Below, piece after piece: positions 8,924 to 17,727 of a stretch of 64,000 bases of DNA (position 1 is its first letter; the number at the start of each line of letters is the position of its first letter). The notes below the pieces were generated by a model that worked only from the letters and a program-made list of their open reading frames with translations, searched no databases and was not told the DNA's origin. The stretch comes from Clostridia bacterium (GTDB lineage: Bacteria > Bacillota > Clostridia > UBA1212 > UBA1255). The stretch covers positions 6,289 to 70,288 of the forward strand of contig JAFWZX010000020.1 in NCBI GenBank assembly GCA_017517275.1, in the 5' to 3' direction. The translations under genes and the position numbers were made by a program.

Positions 8924-8940
8924 AATACACCACATTTTTT

Positions 8941-8969
8941 TTGCTGTAATCTGTTATTTGTGATATACT
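8941..8969 (+). promoter_or_regulatory. Candidate SigA promoter for ftsH
   Basis: TTGCTG (8941-8946), a 17-nt spacer, then TGaTATACT (-10 at 8964-8969). Confidence 0.45.
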
Positions 8970-9008
8970 AAAGTTTGTGACTATTATTACGAATAACAGA
9001 GGTTTTAT

Positions 9009-10898
9009 ATGGCAAATATGCACAGCAATAATAACAATCAGCCGCAGAAACGCAGAGTTCCGATATTTGTTTTCTATATAATTTTTATAGTTATTGTGGT
9101 TACTGTGAGCCAGTTCCTTGTACCCATGCTCACAGCTCCTAAGCATAAGGAAATCAAATTAAACGAATTCATAGAGAAAATTAAAAATGGTGAGGCAGTA
9201 GACGTAGAATTTGAGAAGACAAAGTCCAGGTTTATACTTAAGCCTGCTGATTTTGAGGAATCTAATACGTATTATATCACCGGAGATCTGGGTAATGATA
9301 TTTTAGAGTACGATATTATTACAGCATGCAACGAAGCGGGACTTGATTACAGTACTCCTATCCCGTCGAATACGGCAATCTGGGAGATATTGCTGCTTTA
9401 TGTTTTGCCTCTTGTGATAACCGTTGTGTTCTTCATCATAATGATGCGTTCTATGAATAAGAGAATGAGCGGTGTTATGTCTTTCGGCAAGAATACCGGC
9501 AAGATTTATGCACAAAAGTCTACAGGCAAAACGTTTGCAGACGTTGCAGGACAAGACGAGGCTAAGCAATCTCTTGTGGAGATTATAGATTTCCTTAATA
9601 GTCCCGGCAAATATACTGCTATCGGAGCAAAGCTTCCTAAAGGCGCATTGCTTATAGGACCTCCCGGTACAGGTAAGACTTTACTTGCGAAGGCTGTTGC
9701 CGGCGAGGCAGGAGTACCTTTCTTCTCTCTGTCCGGATCTGAATTCGTAGAGATGTTTGTTGGTGTTGGTGCATCACGTGTACGTGATCTTTTCAAACAG
9801 GCAATCGAGAATGCACCGTGTATTATTTTCATCGACGAGATAGATGCCATCGGTAAATCCAGAGATAACGTTATGGGCGGTAATGACGAGCGTGAGCAGA
9901 CTCTTAACCAGCTCTTGGCAGAAATGGACGGCTTTGATTCATCGAAAGGTGTGGTAATTCTTGCGGCCACTAACAGACCTGAGGTTCTCGATAAAGCGCT
10001 GCTTAGACCGGGAAGATTCGACAGACGTATTATCGTTGACCTTCCGGATCAGCAGGGCAGAGTTGACATTTTAAAGGTTCATGCAAGGAACGTTATTATG
10101 GAGCCGGACGTTGACTTTGACGTAGTGGCAAGAGCTACACCCGGTGCTTCCGGAGCTGATTTGGCAAATATTGTTAACGAAGCCGCTTTGCGTGCTGTCA
10201 GAGCAAAGAAAACACGCGTCAGCCAGACAGAACTTGATGATGCCATAGAGGTTATTATTGCAGGCGAGGAGAAGAAGAATAAGGTGATGTCAGACCATGA
10301 GAAAAGGATTGTCTCCTACCATGAGACGGGGCACGCTCTTGTGACTGCACTGCTGACTCACACCGAGCCGGTTCACAAGATAACAATTATCCCTAGAACG
10401 TCCGGTACTCTCGGATATGTAATGCAGGTAGCTAAGAAAGAGAAAGTCTTGCTGAATACGGAAGAAATGATGGAAGAGATTACCATTCTTACCGCAGGCC
10501 GCGCTTCGGAAAAGTTGGAGTTTAATTCTATAACAACCGGAGCTTCTAATGATATTGAAAAGGCAACGGAACTTGCTCGTAAGATGATAACAGTATATGG
10601 TATGAGTGATGATTTTGGATTTGTAAACCGTGAGAAGACTAATAACAAATATCTGATTGAACGATCTTCCCTTGATTGTCCCGAAGATACGGCTAACCGT
10701 ATTGACAGCGAGATGCAAAGAGTCATTACTGAATGTTATAACAAAGCATTTCAGCTGCTTTCTGACCACAAAGCAACTTTGGACAGAATTGCCGGAGTTC
10801 TTTATGACAAAGAAAATCTTACAGGTTCGGATTTCATGGAACTCATGGCAGAGTGCGAACCGGATATAGAGATAAAAAAGGTTGATGACGGTATTTGA
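9009..10898 (+). CDS. ftsH: ATP-dependent zinc metalloprotease FtsH
   Basis: N-terminal TM segments, AAA+ Walker [14 protein letters not shown], Walker [13 protein letters not shown] region, and Zn motif HETGHAL. Confidence 0.95.
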   Translation: MANMHSNNNNQPQKRRVPIFVFYIIFIVIVVTVSQFLVPMLTAPKHKEIKLNEFIEKIKNGEAVDVEFEKTKSRFILKPADFEESNTYYITGDLGNDILEYDIITACNEAGLDYSTPIPSNTAIWEILLLYVLPLVITVVFFIIMMRSMNKRMSGVMSFGKNTGKIYAQKSTGKTFADVAGQDEAKQSLVEIIDFLNSPGKYTAIGAKLPKGALLIGPPGTGKTLLAKAVAGEAGVPFFSLSGSEFVEMFVGVGASRVRDLFKQAIENAPCIIFIDEIDAIGKSRDNVMGGNDEREQTLNQLLAEMDGFDSSKGVVILAATNRPEVLDKALLRPGRFDRRIIVDLPDQQGRVDILKVHARNVIMEPDVDFDVVARATPGASGADLANIVNEAALRAVRAKKTRVSQTELDDAIEVIIAGEEKKNKVMSDHEKRIVSYHETGHALVTALLTHTEPVHKITIIPRTSGTLGYVMQVAKKEKVLLNTEEMMEEITILTAGRASEKLEFNSITTGASNDIEKATELARKMITVYGMSDDFGFVNREKTNNKYLIERSSLDCPEDTANRIDSEMQRVITECYNKAFQLLSDHKATLDRIAGVLYDKENLTGSDFMELMAECEPDIEIKKVDDGI

Positions 10899-10980
10899 TT
10901 TTCACCCGGTAAAAATATAAAGTATAAATAATTTAAGTCCTGAATAAATATTACCAAGTACAAGCAATTGGAGGCTGGCG

Positions 10981-13440
10981 ATGGGTAATAAATATTCAGG
11001 ACTTTCTCGTTCGGAAGCAAAAAAATTACTGGATACATATGGTGAAAATATATTGGAAAAGCATAAAAAAACACCGGCATTTCTTCTGTTTTTAGGACAA
11101 TTTGCTGACGTTATGACGATTATTCTGATTTTTGCAACAGGTGTTTCTTTTTTTATGAAGGATTGGATAGAAGCGCTGGTTATGATGGGGATAATAATCT
11201 GTAACGCAATCTTAGGTTTTATTCAGGAATACAGAACAGAACGGACTATAGAAGCGCTGCGGGAGATGACTGCGCTCAAGGCACATGTGTATCGGGATGG
11301 GCAGGAAGAAGTTATTCATACGTCTGAACTTGTTCCGGGCGACGTTTTATATTTGCAAAGCGGTGATATTGTGCCTGCGGACTGTAAAATATTGGAAAGC
11401 ACCGGTCTTTGTTTTGACGAGTCAATGATGACCGGCGAATCGGTGTGCGTTTATAAAGACAAGGATGAGAATATTTTTTCCGGAACTCGCACCGTAGGCG
11501 GCAGAGGAATATGCCTGGTTACCAAAACAGGTATGAACACTCGCATGGGTGAAATATCGAAAATGATAACGGACGTTAAAAAAGAAGCTACACCTTTACA
11601 GAAACGTTTGGCAAAATTAGGAAAGTATATTGTTTTCTTATGTGTTGTAGTATGTATTCTCGTTACCGCGATAGGTGTTTTAAAAGGAAAACCTTGGATG
11701 GAAATGTTACTTTCCGGAATAAGCCTTGCTGTTGCGGCAGTGCCGGAAGGATTGCCGGCAATCGTTACTATTGCACTTGCATTAGGTGTTCAACGGATGG
11801 CAGCCAATCGAGCTCTTGTAAGGCGCCTGCCTGCCGTAGAGACACTTGGTACTACTACCGTTATTTGTTCGGATAAAACAGGTACTCTTACTCAAAATAG
11901 AATGAGTATTCAAAAGGTTGTTACATCAGGAGATATCCTTGGAACATCTGAAAATAACGGGCAACTTGTCCGATTGGCGGATATATGCAAGTTTTGTAAT
12001 AATAATTCAGATGCTACGGAGAAGGCACTTATAAAAATTAGTCACTATTTAAAATTGCCAACCGGTGACTATTACACGAGAATAAAAGAAAAGCCGTTTG
12101 ATTCAACCAGGAAATGTATGTCTGTAAGCGTTAAAAATAAAAAGGGCGAAAGGTACATTTTTACAAAAGGCGGTGCAGACGTAATTATAGGTAAATGTAC
12201 TTCCGTTATGGTGGGGACAAAGATAAGGGGTATTGATTCAGCTACACGTCGCAAACTGATTGAAGCAAACAATAATATGGCAAATCGGGGGTTGAGAGTT
12301 CTTGGCGTTTGTTGGAAAAAAATTGGCGAAGACGCCAATGATATTTTTGAGGATAATATGATTTTTTGCGGTTTTGTGGGGCTTATAGATCCTCTGCGGC
12401 CGGAAGTTAAGTCAGCTGTACATATGTGCCGGCAGGCCGGAATTCGCACGGTAATGATTACCGGTGATCATAAATTAACAGCTGCATCTATTGCAAAGGA
12501 GCTTGGTATTTCAGATGGAGAGGTTATAACAGGCGAGGAGCTTGATCTTATGAATGATTCAAAATTGCGTAACGTTGTAAGTAAAATTAACTGTTATGCA
12601 CGAGTAACTCCCGCACATAAGCTTCGGATCGTAAAAGCATTTAAGGAATTAGACAACGTAGTTGCGATGACCGGCGACGGTGTTAATGATGCTCCTGCAG
12701 TAAAAGAAGCCGATATCGGCATATCAATGGGAATAAACGGCACGGATGTTACGCGGGAAGCCTCTTCTATGATACTTACAGATGATAATTTTGCAACAAT
12801 TGTAGAAGCTGTCGCTCAAGGCAGGATTATATACAGTAATATAAGAAAGTTTATAAGATACATGCTGGCGTGCAATTTAGGTGAGATCGTGACGATGTTT
12901 GTGGCAATTATTTGCGGTATGCCGCTTCCTCTTCTTCCAATTCAAATTCTATGGGTAAATCTTGTCACAGACGGCTTGCCGGGCATAGCGTTAGGCCTGG
13001 ACGGCGGGGATGAGGACATAATGAGAAGGCCTCCTGTACCCACCGATCAGGGGATTTTCAGCGGCAGGATGCCATTCCATATTTTGGTAAGGGGCGTGAT
13101 AATAGGACTTAGTACGTTAGGCTCTTTTATCTGTGTACATCACGTAACCGGTGATATCACATTGGCTCGGACTACAGCTTTTATGACACTTGTAATTACA
13201 CAATTGGTACATTCTTTTGAATGTCTTAGCGAAAACAAAACGCTGTCTCAGATAGACGTACGTAAAAACTCCTGGCTTCTTATGGCAAACGCTGTATCAC
13301 TGCTTATGATGGTGGCCGTAATATACGTTCCTGCAATGCAACCTGTATTTAAAACAGTAGCGCTTGGTCCGACACAACTGGGAATTGTCCTTGGCTTTAC
13401 CGCGTTAGGGCCGCTTGTCAGCGAACTTTGGAGAAAGTAA
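10981..13440 (+). CDS. P-type cation-transporting ATPase, type IIA (Ca2+-ATPase-like)
   Basis: The phosphorylation motif is ICSDKTGTLTQN. TGES, MITGDH and MTGDGVNDAPAVKEADIG are also present. The M4 segment AVPEGLPA and the M6 segment NLVTDGLPGIALG match SERCA/YloB-type Ca2+ site residues. Confidence 0.88.
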   Translation: MGNKYSGLSRSEAKKLLDTYGENILEKHKKTPAFLLFLGQFADVMTIILIFATGVSFFMKDWIEALVMMGIIICNAILGFIQEYRTERTIEALREMTALKAHVYRDGQEEVIHTSELVPGDVLYLQSGDIVPADCKILESTGLCFDESMMTGESVCVYKDKDENIFSGTRTVGGRGICLVTKTGMNTRMGEISKMITDVKKEATPLQKRLAKLGKYIVFLCVVVCILVTAIGVLKGKPWMEMLLSGISLAVAAVPEGLPAIVTIALALGVQRMAANRALVRRLPAVETLGTTTVICSDKTGTLTQNRMSIQKVVTSGDILGTSENNGQLVRLADICKFCNNNSDATEKALIKISHYLKLPTGDYYTRIKEKPFDSTRKCMSVSVKNKKGERYIFTKGGADVIIGKCTSVMVGTKIRGIDSATRRKLIEANNNMANRGLRVLGVCWKKIGEDANDIFEDNMIFCGFVGLIDPLRPEVKSAVHMCRQAGIRTVMITGDHKLTAASIAKELGISDGEVITGEELDLMNDSKLRNVVSKINCYARVTPAHKLRIVKAFKELDNVVAMTGDGVNDAPAVKEADIGISMGINGTDVTREASSMILTDDNFATIVEAVAQGRIIYSNIRKFIRYMLACNLGEIVTMFVAIICGMPLPLLPIQILWVNLVTDGLPGIALGLDGGDEDIMRRPPVPTDQGIFSGRMPFHILVRGVIIGLSTLGSFICVHHVTGDITLARTTAFMTLVITQLVHSFECLSENKTLSQIDVRKNSWLLMANAVSLLMMVAVIYVPAMQPVFKTVALGPTQLGIVLGFTALGPLVSELWRK

Positions 13441-13513
13441 AAAAATACCATTTATTTATTCCTCCTGGTATGTTATTATTCACTTGCAAGATAAAAAAAA
13501 GGAGGATTCAGGT

Positions 13514-14509
13514 ATGAAAGCAAGATTTTATAAGCTAATAATACTGGTATTGGTATTTGTTACCATCACAAGCATTTCACCGAATAAATTGTACGCTGTA
13601 AATTATTCTGAATCGCTTGCAGGTATTGTTAAAACAAAAAATACAGGACTGAATATTCGAGATTCTGCTTCTGTAAAAGGTAGCGTTGTAGGCACGCTGA
13701 AGAAAGGGAGCTACGTTACGCTGCTTTCTAAAAAAGGTTCCTGGTGGTACGTAAAATACGGCGACGGTAGGTTTGGGTATTGTTTCGATGATTACATACA
13801 AACGGTGAATTCAAGCAAACCGGGATACGTAAACACAGTCAGTACAGGACTGAACGTCAGATGTGACGCAGGCTTTTCGTACAGCATTATATCTAAATTA
13901 GCTAAGAAAGAAGAGTTTGTTGTTCTGTCCGGGAGTGGTGGCTGGTACAAGATTCTTTACGACGGCACAAAGGTAGGGTACGTATCCGGTACGTACGTGG
14001 GTTTATTCTCAAGCTCCTCGTCATCATCTTCTTCCAAGGCAGACCCAATCTCGTTAATTGTTCCGTCTTACAGACAGACGGACAGCAGATGGGAAGACGT
14101 TGAACTGGGAAAAAGTGGTAAAACAATCGGACGAATCGGTTGTCTCGTTACGTGTATGGCTATGTATGAGACGTTCCGTACGGGTAAGACGGTATACCCT
14201 GACGCTATGTCAAAGAAATTAAGTTTCTCCAAGAGCGGAGATATGAGCTGGCCCGATGACATAACGATAGATTATTCGTCAAGCCTTAAGAACATATACA
14301 ACTTGCTCAAATCCGGTAAGCCGGTTATCGTAGGGGCAAAGAAATCTTCCGGTGGACAGCATTGGGTAATGGTTGTAGGCTATAACGGAGGTTCTATTAC
14401 AAAATCTTCCAGCTATTTAATTAATGATCCCGCGACAGCGTCCAGGAAAACCTTATCGGAATTTTATTCCGATTATCCGAGATTTTATAAAATAGCATAT
14501 TATAAATGA
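13514..14509 (+). CDS. Secreted protein: signal peptide + two bacterial SH3 domains + Ser-rich linker + papain-like (C39-like) cysteine peptidase domain
   Basis: ATG 13514 follows AAGGAGG. The N-terminus MKARFYKLIILVLVFVTITSI is hydrophobic. Two repeats of the form TGLNIR/VR..AS..S.VIG.L.KG..V..L....WYKV/I.Y.G..GY are SH3b-like. A run of 9 Ser follows. The C-terminal YRQTDSRW...GRIGCLVTCMAMY...GGQHWVMVVGY...INDP gives a Cys/His/Asn(Asp) arrangement. Confidence 0.7.
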   Translation: MKARFYKLIILVLVFVTITSISPNKLYAVNYSESLAGIVKTKNTGLNIRDSASVKGSVVGTLKKGSYVTLLSKKGSWWYVKYGDGRFGYCFDDYIQTVNSSKPGYVNTVSTGLNVRCDAGFSYSIISKLAKKEEFVVLSGSGGWYKILYDGTKVGYVSGTYVGLFSSSSSSSSSKADPISLIVPSYRQTDSRWEDVELGKSGKTIGRIGCLVTCMAMYETFRTGKTVYPDAMSKKLSFSKSGDMSWPDDITIDYSSSLKNIYNLLKSGKPVIVGAKKSSGGQHWVMVVGYNGGSITKSSSYLINDPATASRKTLSEFYSDYPRFYKIAYYK

Positions 14510-14514
14510 TATAT

Positions 14515-14543
14515 AAGGAGGGCTGGCAGTCCTCCTTTATTAT
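14515..14543 (+). terminator. Candidate terminator
   Basis: AAGGAGG (14515-14521) pairs with CCTCCTT (14531-14537), followed by TTATTA. The T-tract is weak. Confidence 0.45.
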
Positions 14544-14558
14544 GCTTGTGAGGTGTTT

Positions 14559-15203
14559 ATGAGTTTTATTGATTTATCCTTGAGTATATATGATGGTAGT
14601 CCTGCTTATCCCGGAGATCCGGATTGTAAAATTAAGCCGTTTTTTACTATCCACGAACACGGGTGCAACGTAAGCGAAATATCCTTTTCCAGTCACAACG
14701 GTACACATCTTGATGCTCCTAAACATTTTCTGGGATCTTCGGATGCTTTAGCTGTAAATCAACTTCCTATAGAAAGGTTTTGCGGCAGGGGAAGAATGAT
14801 AGATTGCACCGTGATTCCGAAGAACGAGCCGATAACAGCGGATTTTCTTGAGAAAAATTTCGATGAAATTTTTACACCCCGGGCTATTGTTCTCATTGCT
14901 ACCGGATGGGATAAAATGTATGGTAAAAAAGAATATTATACTGATTTTCCATATATTAGCTGTAGCGCTGCCGAATGGATCGCAAAGAAAAAAATCTCTT
15001 TCTTAGGTCTGGATTTGCCCACTCCAAACCGTTATGACTCCAAATCTGTTCACGAGACACTGCTCCGGGCAGATATTGTTTTGTGCGAAGGGCTTGCCAA
15101 TCTGCTGTCTCTTCCTTGTGAAAGACAATTTGATTTTTACGCTTTTCCCCTAAAACTGATTGGATTAGACGGATCACCGGTACGGGCGGTAGCAAGAATA
15201 TGA
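14559..15203 (+). CDS. Cyclase-family protein (kynurenine formamidase/arylformamidase-like)
   Basis: SSHNGTHLDAPKHF matches the H-x-G-T-H-x-D-x-P-x-H motif of the putative cyclase family. ATG 14559 lies after GAGGTG. Confidence 0.75.
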   Translation: MSFIDLSLSIYDGSPAYPGDPDCKIKPFFTIHEHGCNVSEISFSSHNGTHLDAPKHFLGSSDALAVNQLPIERFCGRGRMIDCTVIPKNEPITADFLEKNFDEIFTPRAIVLIATGWDKMYGKKEYYTDFPYISCSAAEWIAKKKISFLGLDLPTPNRYDSKSVHETLLRADIVLCEGLANLLSLPCERQFDFYAFPLKLIGLDGSPVRAVARI

Positions 15204-15268
15204 TTTTTTCACTTTTTTCCTCTGGCGCAAATATACTAAGACTGTAGTGCTACGTATGGATAACTTAG

Positions 15269-15487
15269 ATGCACCGCGGAAGAAAATTGATGAGAAAATA
15301 TTCGAATGTCTCTGAACACCGCAACAAAGGCGATGAGTACAGTTATATCCCGGATATATCAGATTATTTAAATGATCATAAAAATTTATTAGATATTATT
15401 AACGATACTCCTGCTAAGAAAGGTGACTACAAATCCATGGTTATCTATCTTGAGCCTGATGATATATGGAGTAATAATAAAATATAA
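15269..15487 (+). CDS. Hypothetical small protein (72 aa), weakly supported
   Basis: It is the only ORF in a 420-bp gap and is followed by a hairpin at 15521-15537. There is no recognisable motif, the RBS is poor, and the start is ambiguous (15269 or 15290). Confidence 0.25.
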   Translation: MHRGRKLMRKYSNVSEHRNKGDEYSYIPDISDYLNDHKNLLDIINDTPAKKGDYKSMVIYLEPDDIWSNNKI

Positions 15488-15518
15488 TTATTGCAGTCAT
15501 AGACTCTCTGAAGTTTTA

Positions 15519-15549
15519 AACCGGGCTCTTTGCCCGGCATTGTCTTTTT
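15519..15549 (+). terminator. Candidate terminator
   Basis: CCGGGC (15521-15526) pairs with GCCCGG (15532-15537). The T-run CTTTTT follows after 7 nt. Confidence 0.4.
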
Positions 15550-15623
15550 ATAAAAAAAAATGTATAATTGCAACCGAGTAGCAGGAGATTAATAATATAT
15601 ATAAACATCGAAAGGATTAAATT

Positions 15624-16601
15624 ATGCGAAAAAAACTTCTTAGCTTAGTTGTATTGGTCTTGGTTTGCTGTATCATAACCACATTGATACCCGGTTGCCG
15701 AGATGAAGAAGAAAAACACCCGGTTCTATACCAGATTGGACCGGATACAATAACTCTTATGATGAGTTATGTCATCAAAACCGCAAACGACAAATATATA
15801 GTTATAGACGGTGGTGCGGCTGGCGGAAAATCAAGCTATATGCATACGGAACTTCAAAAAATTACAGGACAAGAAGTTCCGGAGATAGAAGCTTGGATTT
15901 TAACACATATGCACGGCGATCACGTGATGGAATTTTGCGATATAGCTACGTATTACGATCCTGAATTCGAAGATATCAAAGTAAAAAACGTGTATTTTAA
16001 TTTTCCGTCAGAGCAATTCATGAAAAGCAGTGAAGGCGGAGATTGTTATAACATCTACAAAAAAGTTAAAAAAAGCTACGATATGTTTATGGGAGAGGGA
16101 GAGTATGACAAGATAAACGGTAAAAATGTTTTTGAAGGTGACTCATTTTATATAGATGATGTGAAATTCGATATACTGCTTACTGTTACAGACGAAGAAA
16201 AGGAGCATAACATCAATGATACGTCGTTAATCTTCCGTGTTACAATGGAAGATCAAACCGTACTATTCTTAGGCGATGCCGGTGTGGCAGAAGGTGCACG
16301 CTTGCTGGAAAAATATGGTAGCGAGCTTAAAAGCGACTTTGTACAGATGGCTCATCACGGACAAGGCGGTGTGGATCGTGACGTTTATGAAGCAATCGAC
16401 CCGACTGTTTGTCTGTGGCCGTCTCCTAAATGGGTATTTAACAATATAAATGGTAATCTGCAGTCTCTTGTGGTTCGCCAATGGATGATGGACATGGGAG
16501 TTAAATATCATTACGTGACAGGTCTTGACCTTACAACGACATTAGAATTTCCTGTTGATTTTACAAAATTGGAAGAAAGGGATATATCTCCCGCTGAATA
16601 A
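15624..16601 (+). CDS. Metallo-beta-lactamase-fold hydrolase, predicted lipoprotein
   Basis: The signal peptide MRKKLLSLVVLVLVCCIITTLIPGC contains a lipobox-like L-I-P-G-C. ILTHMHGDH is the MBL H-x-H-x-D-H motif, and a later MAHHG is also present. Confidence 0.75.
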   Translation: MRKKLLSLVVLVLVCCIITTLIPGCRDEEEKHPVLYQIGPDTITLMMSYVIKTANDKYIVIDGGAAGGKSSYMHTELQKITGQEVPEIEAWILTHMHGDHVMEFCDIATYYDPEFEDIKVKNVYFNFPSEQFMKSSEGGDCYNIYKKVKKSYDMFMGEGEYDKINGKNVFEGDSFYIDDVKFDILLTVTDEEKEHNINDTSLIFRVTMEDQTVLFLGDAGVAEGARLLEKYGSELKSDFVQMAHHGQGGVDRDVYEAIDPTVCLWPSPKWVFNNINGNLQSLVVRQWMMDMGVKYHYVTGLDLTTTLEFPVDFTKLEERDISPAE

Positions 16602-16752
16602 TTATCAATGTGAAAATTTACTTTGTTTTACATAAAAGTAATAGATTTACTATTATTTTACACGTGAAAAGGGTATAAATACACTTGTGAACATGACGAG
16701 ATATATTTAGTCAAAATATTAAAAAAAAATTCACAGACTACGTTTCATAGTA

Positions 16753-16781
16753 TTGACAAAAAACGATATAAGTATTAATAT
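16753..16781 (+). promoter_or_regulatory. Candidate SigA promoter for the surface-protein gene
   Basis: TTGACA (16753-16758), a 17-nt spacer, then TAATAT (16776-16781). It lies within the track's extended ORF, which supports the ATG 16828 start. Confidence 0.5.
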
Positions 16782-16827
16782 AGGTGTGCTATTAGAAAGA
16801 AAAAATATCAAATGGAGGGATTTTATT

Positions 16828-17589
16828 ATGAAAAAGTTTTTAACAATAGCAATCACATTAGTAGTTCTTGCATCTTTAGTATGCATGATGCCTGTTAGCG
16901 CAGCTACAAACGCACTTACAGCTAAGGCTAACACTCCTACTCTCGACGGTAAGATTGATGCCGGAGAATATGGCGAAGCATATTTTATCAAAGATTTAGC
17001 AGGCGCTGGTTGGACAAAAGGCGACAACAAGGCTGCTACCCCTGAGAATATTTCTTATGCATTTGCATGGGATGCTAAGGGCTTATACATTGCAGTTGCT
17101 GGCTATTATGCAGACCTCAATCCTCAGCTCAATTCTAACCCTAACGGTGTTATCACAGATGCAACAAAGCAAGGTCTTTTCTTCACATTCGGTGCTGGTG
17201 GTAAGGTCACACAGCACAACCACGCTTCAAAAGCTGCTGAGGCTAATAAGCCGATCGAGAGCAGCCAGACAGTTATCGGCGATGGCGTTATGGAAGTTTT
17301 CATTCCTGTAGAAGCTTTCCAAATTGCTGGCAATGAAAACTTTGCTATGGAAGCTGGTCACAAGCTCCTTGCTATTCCGGCAGGTCACTATTCGAAGAAT
17401 AACGATGCAAGTCTTTTCTCATACTTCTGTGCAGAAGGTTGGACAGGTACATGGACAGTTGATGGTATTAACTTCGGTACAATCGAACTTTTAGCAGTTC
17501 CTGGCGCTAACACAGGCGACTTCGGTATCATCGCTCTCGCATTTGTAGCTCTTTCTTCTATCGCTGCAAAGAAGAGAAAGGATGCTTAA
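16828..17589 (+). CDS. Secreted/cell-surface protein with CBM9/DOMON-like domain and C-terminal tripartite sorting signal
   Basis: ATG 16828 follows GGAGGG. The signal peptide is MKKFLTIAITLVVLASLVCMMPVSA. PTLDGKIDAGEYGEA resembles the opening of carbohydrate-binding family-9-like modules. The C-terminus is VPGANTGD + FGIIALAFVALSSIAA + KKRKDA. Confidence 0.6.
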   Translation: MKKFLTIAITLVVLASLVCMMPVSAATNALTAKANTPTLDGKIDAGEYGEAYFIKDLAGAGWTKGDNKAATPENISYAFAWDAKGLYIAVAGYYADLNPQLNSNPNGVITDATKQGLFFTFGAGGKVTQHNHASKAAEANKPIESSQTVIGDGVMEVFIPVEAFQIAGNENFAMEAGHKLLAIPAGHYSKNNDASLFSYFCAEGWTGTWTVDGINFGTIELLAVPGANTGDFGIIALAFVALSSIAAKKRKDA

Positions 17590-17620
17590 TCTGTTAATTT
17601 GATAACGAAATGAGCTTATT

Positions 17621-17653
17621 AAGGAGTCTTGTTTACAAGACTCCTTATTTTTA
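17621..17653 (+). terminator. Rho-independent terminator
   Basis: AAGGAGTCTT (17621-17630) pairs with AAGACTCCTT (17637-17646), followed by ATTTTTA. Confidence 0.7.
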
Positions 17654-17727
17654 TCGGAAATATTTCCTTCCACTTGAAGTCGGAAGATTCATCTGCGTAT
17701 AATCTGTTAAAAAGGATTATACAAATC

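Noticed and set aside
14008-14037. Short tandem codon repeats (poly-Ser at about 14008-14037; poly-Asp/Glu at about 26180-26214), checked as possible CRISPR, VNTR or mobile-element signatures.
   Set aside because: They are in-frame low-complexity linkers or tails within the SH3-peptidase and DUF1292 genes. No repeat-spacer periodicity, terminal inverted repeats, transposase or integrase genes occur anywhere in the window.
15255-15314. 19-aa frame MDNLDAPRKKIDEKIFECL, superficially like the N-terminus of chorismate mutase (L-x-x-L-R-x-x-ID-x-x-D), suggesting a frameshifted pseudogene together with ORF 15269-15487.
   Set aside because: It is far too short for a meaningful match. The sequence after the putative frameshift shows no chorismate-mutase-like continuation.
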